Shown here piece after piece: positions 18,343 through 23,729 of a DNA stretch of 23,729 bases. The stretch comes from an uncultured Nitrososphaeraceae archaeon. GTDB taxonomy: Archaea; Thermoproteota; Nitrososphaeria; Nitrososphaerales; Nitrososphaeraceae. Both the position numbers and the translations under genes were made by a program. Under the pieces are notes generated by a model. It ran no database searches. It was not told where the DNA came from and worked only from the letters and a program-made list of their open reading frames with translations. Every line of letters starts with the position of its first letter. The first letter of the stretch is position 1. The DNA lies in contig CAWIMJ010000004.1 of the NCBI GenBank assembly GCA_963837175.1, positions 1 to 23,729 on the forward strand. Direction: 5' to 3'.

Positions 18343-19036
18343 TGATGCTATGAATTAACTGTGAATCGATTCTGTCATATAACTTTCTCATTTGTGTAAT
18401 AGTTAATTGACCAGGAGCAATAGCTTTTTCCAGAGATGCATAAGTGAAGGGAGCATTTCCAATAATAACACATAATACCCTAGATAATACTCCGGCCTCG
18501 CCCATAGCAAATGCTATCAAATTTACTCCCAAAGTATTTTCATATAATTCGAGCAAACCCAAAGAATCTTCAGTTTTCTGGGCAGTTGTAACAACCTTGA
18601 CGTTTTGGCTATATTTTTGCATTTCACATAAAACCTTTGTCAGTTGGGTGTTTGATGGAGTTTTTTCAAGATCATGCCAGGAAATCAATAAGGAGGCATT
18701 ATTTTCTTTAAGATAATCAGCCAAATAATTATTGCATTTAATTGTAGATAATTCAACATCTAATAACATAGGCTTTGACGAAGACAATTTCTCTAACCAG
18801 GCAATTCTTTCAGAAGTATTTCCTTTAAATTGGCCGCCTTGTTCAGGGGATCTGAGTGTATAAACAGCCTTTTTATTTACCTCATTAGCAATAATCAACG
18901 CTTCCTCCATGTCGGATAAGTTCAAAAAGTCAAAACGAATTTCGACATAATCTGCTCCAAAATTAAAGGCTTGATTGATCTCTATTTTAAGCTGTTCCAA
19001 GTGACTGGCCGCTATTGATACGCATATCTTACTCAA
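18326..19036 (-). CDS. aroD: Type I 3-dehydroquinate dehydratase
   Basis: KICVSI, VEIRFD, YTLRSPEQGG, ISWHD, AMGEAGVLSR, APGQ. Confidence 0.95.
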   Translation of the reverse strand: MSKICVSIAASHLEQLKIEINQAFNFGADYVEIRFDFLNLSDMEEALIIANEVNKKAVYTLRSPEQGGQFKGNTSERIAWLEKLSSSKPMLLDVELSTIKCNNYLADYLKENNASLLISWHDLEKTPSNTQLTKVLCEMQKYSQNVKVVTTAQKTEDSLGLLELYENTLGVNLIAFAMGEAGVLSRVLCVIIGNAPFTYASLEKAIAPGQLTITQMRKLYDRIDSQLIHSINAKPS

Positions 19037-19106
19037 ACAAGTGCTATATCACAAAAGAAAAATTAATTGTTTCGTATACATATTGCAAATACTACTTGCA
19101 TTTGTC

Positions 19107-19256
19107 TTATCCCACTCCAGCGGGAGGTTTACTAGTCTCAGTATGTTCAATTCTTTTATGATTATTTAATTCTTCTATGCTATCAAAATTCCTCCCGCAG
19201 ATCTCGCACCAGTATGACCTAGGCGATTTTCTATTTGACGACGTAGCTGCAGCCAT
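19107..19256 (-). CDS. Single C2H2-type zinc-finger protein (49 aa), not in ORF track
   Basis: MAAATSSNRKSPRSYWCEICGRNFDSIEELNNHKRIEHTETSKPPAGVG* has the exact Y-x-C-x2-C-x3-F-x5-L-x2-H-x4-H consensus. Confidence 0.85.
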   Translation of the reverse strand: MAAATSSNRKSPRSYWCEICGRNFDSIEELNNHKRIEHTETSKPPAGVG

Positions 19257-19296
19257 ATTTATATTTGAATAATAACTAATAATTAAATATGAAAGA

Positions 19297-20178
19297 TTAG
19301 TGAAGGCGCCTATAGTGTGAAGGAATTTTCTTCCAATTAGCTATTAATGCCTCTGGTCTGATATGTAAAGGTTCATCTTTCATTCTTTCCTTCGCTAATT
19401 TTGTGTATTCCTTAAGTATATCTATTCCAAGGTATTGACGTTGAAAATGACATGCTACCTTAGTTGTTTGTCCGCTGCCGTTGAACGGATCAAGGATGGT
19501 GTCGCCCTGATATGAATATAATTTCATCAGGCGATATGGAATTTCTTCAGGAAACGGACAGGGATGTTCGATATATCCTGGTGGCACAGGAGCAATATGC
19601 CATATTGAGTTTGCAATTTCTTTTGTCCATTCTTCGTGTGTTGCAGGAAGCATTTCTATTCGCTGGGTTCTACCGTTATTTACATCGCCTTTTCTTAACA
19701 CAAGAATAAATTCATGCATAATATTAGCCCTGTAATACTTTGGATATGGATTGATGACAAAGGATCCATACCGGTTAGTACCTCCAGTAACTTTGTGCCA
19801 TATAATTTCCTCATGTAGATTCCAATTACCAAACGGCTCTATAAGCCTTGATAAAAGCATATGAGGCAGGGGCAATATTGTTCCGTCAATGACTTCGTTA
19901 GCAATAACTATGCAGCAGTATCCTCCGATGTTTGTTACCCGGTATATTTTATCGTTAAAAATCTCCACCATGTCCTCAAGGTATTCCGCAGTCTCTATTT
20001 TTGTCTGACCACGGTAATATCCACGATTCTTGGATACGTGCATATTATAATCTATAGCATTTCTATATGGTGGCGATGTTATAGTTAGCTGAATTGAATT
20101 AGCCGGAATTCTAGATAAAATCTCTTTACAGTTGCCTGTTATTATTTCATTAACGATGTTCTGTTGTACTAGCATCAA
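19297..20178 (-). CDS. Site-specific DNA methyltransferase, beta class (probably N4-cytosine)
   Basis: Catalytic motif IV TSPPY near the N-terminus, IIWHK, E-F-I-L-V-L-R-K, HPCPFP, then the SAM-binding motif I ILDPFNGSGQT: beta-class motif order. Confidence 0.93.
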   Translation of the reverse strand: MMLVQQNIVNEIITGNCKEILSRIPANSIQLTITSPPYRNAIDYNMHVSKNRGYYRGQTKIETAEYLEDMVEIFNDKIYRVTNIGGYCCIVIANEVIDGTILPLPHMLLSRLIEPFGNWNLHEEIIWHKVTGGTNRYGSFVINPYPKYYRANIMHEFILVLRKGDVNNGRTQRIEMLPATHEEWTKEIANSIWHIAPVPPGYIEHPCPFPEEIPYRLMKLYSYQGDTILDPFNGSGQTTKVACHFQRQYLGIDILKEYTKLAKERMKDEPLHIRPEALIANWKKIPSHYRRLH

Positions 20179-20270
20179 CTAAACGGTATAGATTTATCCA
20201 TATCCACTATACTTTAAAATAATCAACTTTCAGATTAAGAAAAATTATTTTCTAGATGTGTCAATCTTTT

Positions 20271-21332
20271 CTATTTTTCTACTATGAATTCTTTTACTTC
20301 CATTCCAAAATGCCTACCTGAGGGAGGTTTGACATAACAGAGTATTTGATTCCCTACTTTAGCCTCCGTTACTGGCAACAATTTCCCCTCACTTGTTATG
20401 AATCTTATTGTCTCTGCATTCTGCAAAATCACAGTTCCAATCTCACCTTCGATATCTGCTCTTATTAATCTTAATGGGCGAGTCTCAATCTTTGATCTTC
20501 CTACAGTAACGCGTCTGGAGGAGCCATTAGTTTTAACTATTAATACCTCATTCCCTGCTTCTATTTCTGAAAGATATTTAGTTTTTCCATCAGACATTAG
20601 GGTGTAGCAATAAACTGCACCTGCATTCACACGAAAGGGTCTTGGAGATGTAAATGAGGATCCCACCGATTCGTTATGAACAAGGAACATAAAGTTCGAT
20701 TTACTACCAATAAGCATTCCTTCTCCTAGCTCAAGTATCGATGCTGTATCTACACAGACTCGTTCCCCTGTCCCTACATCTTTTACTTCTAAAATCTTCG
20801 CGGAGCTAATTTGGAAAACAAAAGTTTCTAAATAATTCCGTAGTTCATCAACTTCCTTTTCACTATCAGTAGAAAATATGACTCCATCTACACCCAATTC
20901 TAAAACAGAAAACATTGTTCTGATCTCTTCTATATTTTTGATAGCGGTATAGACTTTAGTATTTGATTGATGGAGTTTTGCGATGACATTCTCTAAAGGT
21001 ATTATTTTCCAATCTTCTGCTTCGACAATCACAAATTCTGCACCTGCTTGAGAAGCTGTTCCAATTTCATCGATGTCATCATTATTTGAAACTGTTTTAA
21101 GATACCCTACAACTTTCCCAGCAGTCTTATATTTTCTCAATTCCTCAATTGATTTACATATTACTAAATCTGCATCTGGTGACTCAAAAATTATTTTGAA
21201 TTTCTTTAGTCTAACAGACTTTGGATCGGCTTTTATTATTGTGATGTTATTTAGTCTAGACAAGAACTCATCTAGACTAGATAATGAAACTGTGGGGTTA
21301 ATTATAAGATCTCTCTTCTTTGTGTTTTGCAA
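20271..21332 (-). CDS. aroB': 3-dehydroquinate synthase II (archaeal, NAD-dependent)
   Basis: DWKIIPLEN, LELGVDG, GERVCVDT, RPFRVNAG, GRSKIETRP, LQNAETI, RHFGM. Confidence 0.95.
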   Translation of the reverse strand: MQNTKKRDLIINPTVSLSSLDEFLSRLNNITIIKADPKSVRLKKFKIIFESPDADLVICKSIEELRKYKTAGKVVGYLKTVSNNDDIDEIGTASQAGAEFVIVEAEDWKIIPLENVIAKLHQSNTKVYTAIKNIEEIRTMFSVLELGVDGVIFSTDSEKEVDELRNYLETFVFQISSAKILEVKDVGTGERVCVDTASILELGEGMLIGSKSNFMFLVHNESVGSSFTSPRPFRVNAGAVYCYTLMSDGKTKYLSEIEAGNEVLIVKTNGSSRRVTVGRSKIETRPLRLIRADIEGEIGTVILQNAETIRFITSEGKLLPVTEAKVGNQILCYVKPPSGRHFGMEVKEFIVEK

Positions 21333-22107
21333 GCTCTCTTAACACCTCTTTTCTACTAATGCCTTTTACTATCAGTTTATAGAGTGCATTTACAATTGCT
21401 GGTGGGTTTTGGTGTTGGAAAACATTACGACCAAATGTAACACCTTTGGCGCCTGCTTTCATCGCTCCCACACACATCTCTATTATTTCTTCATTAGTAT
21501 TTGCCTTCGGTCCCCCTGCTATAACTATAGGCACCGGACAAGTTTTTATTACTCTTCTAAAAGTTTCTACGTCACCAGTATATACTGTCTTAACGATATC
21601 AGCTCCTGCCTCTGCACCTATTCTCGCCACATGGGCTATAATATCTGGATCATAGGGATTTTTAACATTCTCACCCCGAGGGTACATCATCGCAACAAGT
21701 GGCATGCTCCACTCATCACATTTATCAGAAATCATCCCCAATTTTTGGAGCATTTCAGGCTCTTCCTTAGATCCAATGTTAATATGAATTGATACAGCAT
21801 CAGCCCCTAATCTCAATGCTTCTTCCAGACTTCCCATTATGACCTTCCTGTTTGGGTCAGGACCAAGGGAAGTACTTCCAGATAAATGCACTATCAAGCC
21901 TATTTTTAACGGTCTTGGCATAGTCTTTATGACACCTTTGTTAACTAGAACGCAAGTTAAACCCGCATTTTCGCATTGGTATATCACATTATGAATATTT
22001 TCTAATCCACGAATAGGGCCATTGCTGATACCATGATCCATAGGAATGCAGAGCATTTTACCCTCATTCAAGATTCTACCAAGTCTAATTTCTCTGCCAA
22101 AGACCAT
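21298..22107 (-). CDS. aroA': 2-amino-3,7-dideoxy-D-threo-hept-6-ulosonate synthase (DhnA-type class I aldolase)
   Basis: PMDHG, HLSGST, MMYPRG, GADIVKT, AGGPK, GRNVFQ. Overlaps aroB'. ATG 22107 is preferred over 22122 from spacing to the TATA-like tttttaag at ~22143-22136. Confidence 0.92.
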   Translation of the reverse strand: MVFGREIRLGRILNEGKMLCIPMDHGISNGPIRGLENIHNVIYQCENAGLTCVLVNKGVIKTMPRPLKIGLIVHLSGSTSLGPDPNRKVIMGSLEEALRLGADAVSIHINIGSKEEPEMLQKLGMISDKCDEWSMPLVAMMYPRGENVKNPYDPDIIAHVARIGAEAGADIVKTVYTGDVETFRRVIKTCPVPIVIAGGPKANTNEEIIEMCVGAMKAGAKGVTFGRNVFQHQNPPAIVNALYKLIVKGISRKEVLRELAKHKEERSYN

Positions 22108-22442
22108 ATTTAACAAGACCATCTTGCAAACTCACTTAAAAAGTGATAGGTTCTTTTAGAACTAAAATGACCACAATGGATAAAAAAGATGCAAATAAAT
22201 CAAAGAACAATATAAATAACAACTTTGACAATATTGGCTATTGATCAATCAATAAGAACAAAATCTAAAATCGATTAGGACTAGTTGCCGTAATGATAGG
22301 ATTTAGAAGACAGTTAAGACCGAGTTATTGAAACCTATAGAATATATTTAGAGAGTAGTAGAAGTATAGTGAATACGGAGAAATATATTACGAAGAGTTT
22401 TAGAGACAACAAATAAATTCATTAACTTTCTCTCATCTTGTC

Positions 22443-22463
22443 TATTATTATTATTATTATTAT
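22443..22463 (+). repeat. (TAT)7 microsatellite
   Basis: tattattattattattattat in the nadE-aroA' intergenic region. Confidence 0.6.
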
Positions 22464-22752
22464 GATGCTCTTTGCCTCATCATCGGGCTTGGAACTTAAG
22501 CATTATTTACAGACTCCTAGATGATAATATTCAAAATCTTATGTTTTGCTAATGTATTCGATTAAAGATAATAAGCTACTAATAATTCCCAGCACATTTA
22601 AATTCCCATTAAATGATTTCAGCAATGTTCTACAACATCTGTTGTACATATATTTACACTTTCTTCTGAAACTGTAGCAAAAAGAAAGGAGGATACCAGC
22701 TTATACCATTGTAATCTGTTAATCAGAGGTTTAATCATTCTATTTACTATTT

Positions 22753-23517
22753 TCAAATAGAATCTCGAACGTTGCATATAGGCGGCATCTCTTGCTTATG
22801 TAGATTTTTTTGAACCATACTAACTATTCTTTTTAAGTTATTTGAATCAAAATTATATTTTTTAAGAGATTTGCTTTCCAAGGACCGCAGAATCTCATCT
22901 ATTTTCTCGTAAGATATACCAATTTCACTTTCTGCTGTTTGGCCCCTCCATATCCGAGGACTGCTTTTCTTTTTTAGAATTGTAGAAGGAAGTTGCAAAT
23001 ACTTGGCTAATTCTCTGACTTCTGTTTTGTAAAGATCCGCAATAGGCTGAATGTCCACGGCACCGTCTCCATATTTGGTGTAGTAGCCAAGTTTTAATTC
23101 GCTCTTGTCAGCAGTACCTAAAACTAAAAAATTCTTTATTCCTGCATAATAATATATTATATTCATTCTCAACCTAGAAGATAAATTTCCTTGTGCTAGT
23201 TTGTTTTTTGGTAGGTGTTTCAATAATTGGTCTTTTGTATTGCCTATCTCTATGATCCTATGTGTTATCTTAAGATCCTTTGCAAGCTCTATGGCATCTT
23301 CTATGTCATTTTTTGGAGTGATTTTTGAATCTGGTAATATTAATCCAAATACTCGTAAATGTGTTAACGCTCTAACGGCTAATTTAGCGACCACAGAAGA
23401 ATCCAATCCACCGCTGAGCCCTAGTACTACACCATAGGAGTTGCGTTCTTTTACTTCCTCACGAATAAATTCAATAATAGTATGAGAGACTTTTTGTGAT
23501 TCCATGATCTTTTGCAA
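22753..23517 (-). CDS. nadE: NH3-dependent NAD+ synthetase
   Basis: LGLSGGLDSS, GN...RLRM, GYYTKYGDG, PIADLYKTEV; no glutaminase domain. Alternative start ATG 23505. Confidence 0.96.
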   Translation of the reverse strand: MQKIMESQKVSHTIIEFIREEVKERNSYGVVLGLSGGLDSSVVAKLAVRALTHLRVFGLILPDSKITPKNDIEDAIELAKDLKITHRIIEIGNTKDQLLKHLPKNKLAQGNLSSRLRMNIIYYYAGIKNFLVLGTADKSELKLGYYTKYGDGAVDIQPIADLYKTEVRELAKYLQLPSTILKKKSSPRIWRGQTAESEIGISYEKIDEILRSLESKSLKKYNFDSNNLKRIVSMVQKNLHKQEMPPICNVRDSI

Positions 23518-23729
23518 TATTTGTGTATAATATATAATATTAGCTATTATATAGAAGATCTAATTGTGTAGAATCTGACATGATCCCTATTGATTGCCTT
23601 ATTCATTGATTCATGCATGTATATATCTAATTCTTTTCTTCTTTACATAACAAATTCAAATGTGTCTATTTATTCTAATTGGTTTTTCGCTTCTACTCAT
23701 CCTTAATTCTCTCCGTTTCACAGGGTTAC

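Noticed and set aside
12327-23437. Numerous plus-strand ORFs inside the aro, MTase and nadE genes (e.g. 14244..14771, 21409..21792)
   Set aside because: Antisense shadows of well-supported minus-strand genes, with no motifs.
1-23729. CRISPR array, tRNA/rRNA, IS element or provirus
   Set aside because: I saw no regularly spaced repeats, cloverleaf or GC-rich RNA segment, transposase, integrase or viral hallmark gene.

Overview
AT-rich archaeal DNA, most consistent with a soil ammonia-oxidising archaeon (Nitrososphaeraceae). This is inferred from the aroA'/aroB' route, the GHMP-type shikimate kinase, the chorismate mutase-aminotransferase fusion and the low-complexity signal peptides ending in 'A-x-A-Q-Q'. 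The right half (11.8-23.5 kb, minus strand) is housekeeping: nadE, then aroA'-aroB'-[solitary beta-class DNA methyltransferase + 49-aa C2H2 zinc finger]-aroD-aroE (1-nt frameshift)-aroK-aroA-aroC-CM/aminotransferase-tyrA. The left half (1-11.7 kb) is an accessory region. It holds two secreted parallel beta-helix proteins (one with the YGFDPH mannuronan C5-epimerase motif), a probable ribbon-helix-helix regulator, a roadblock-like/HTH protein divergent from a membrane protein, an ALG11-like GT4 glycosyltransferase and an unlisted 47-aa Cys-rich protein. It also holds about six decayed small genes (DUF1059-like, UBP zinc finger, FUN14-like, secreted and membrane remnants). I saw no rRNA, tRNA, CRISPR array or transposase. 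All family assignments come from motif recognition, not database searches.
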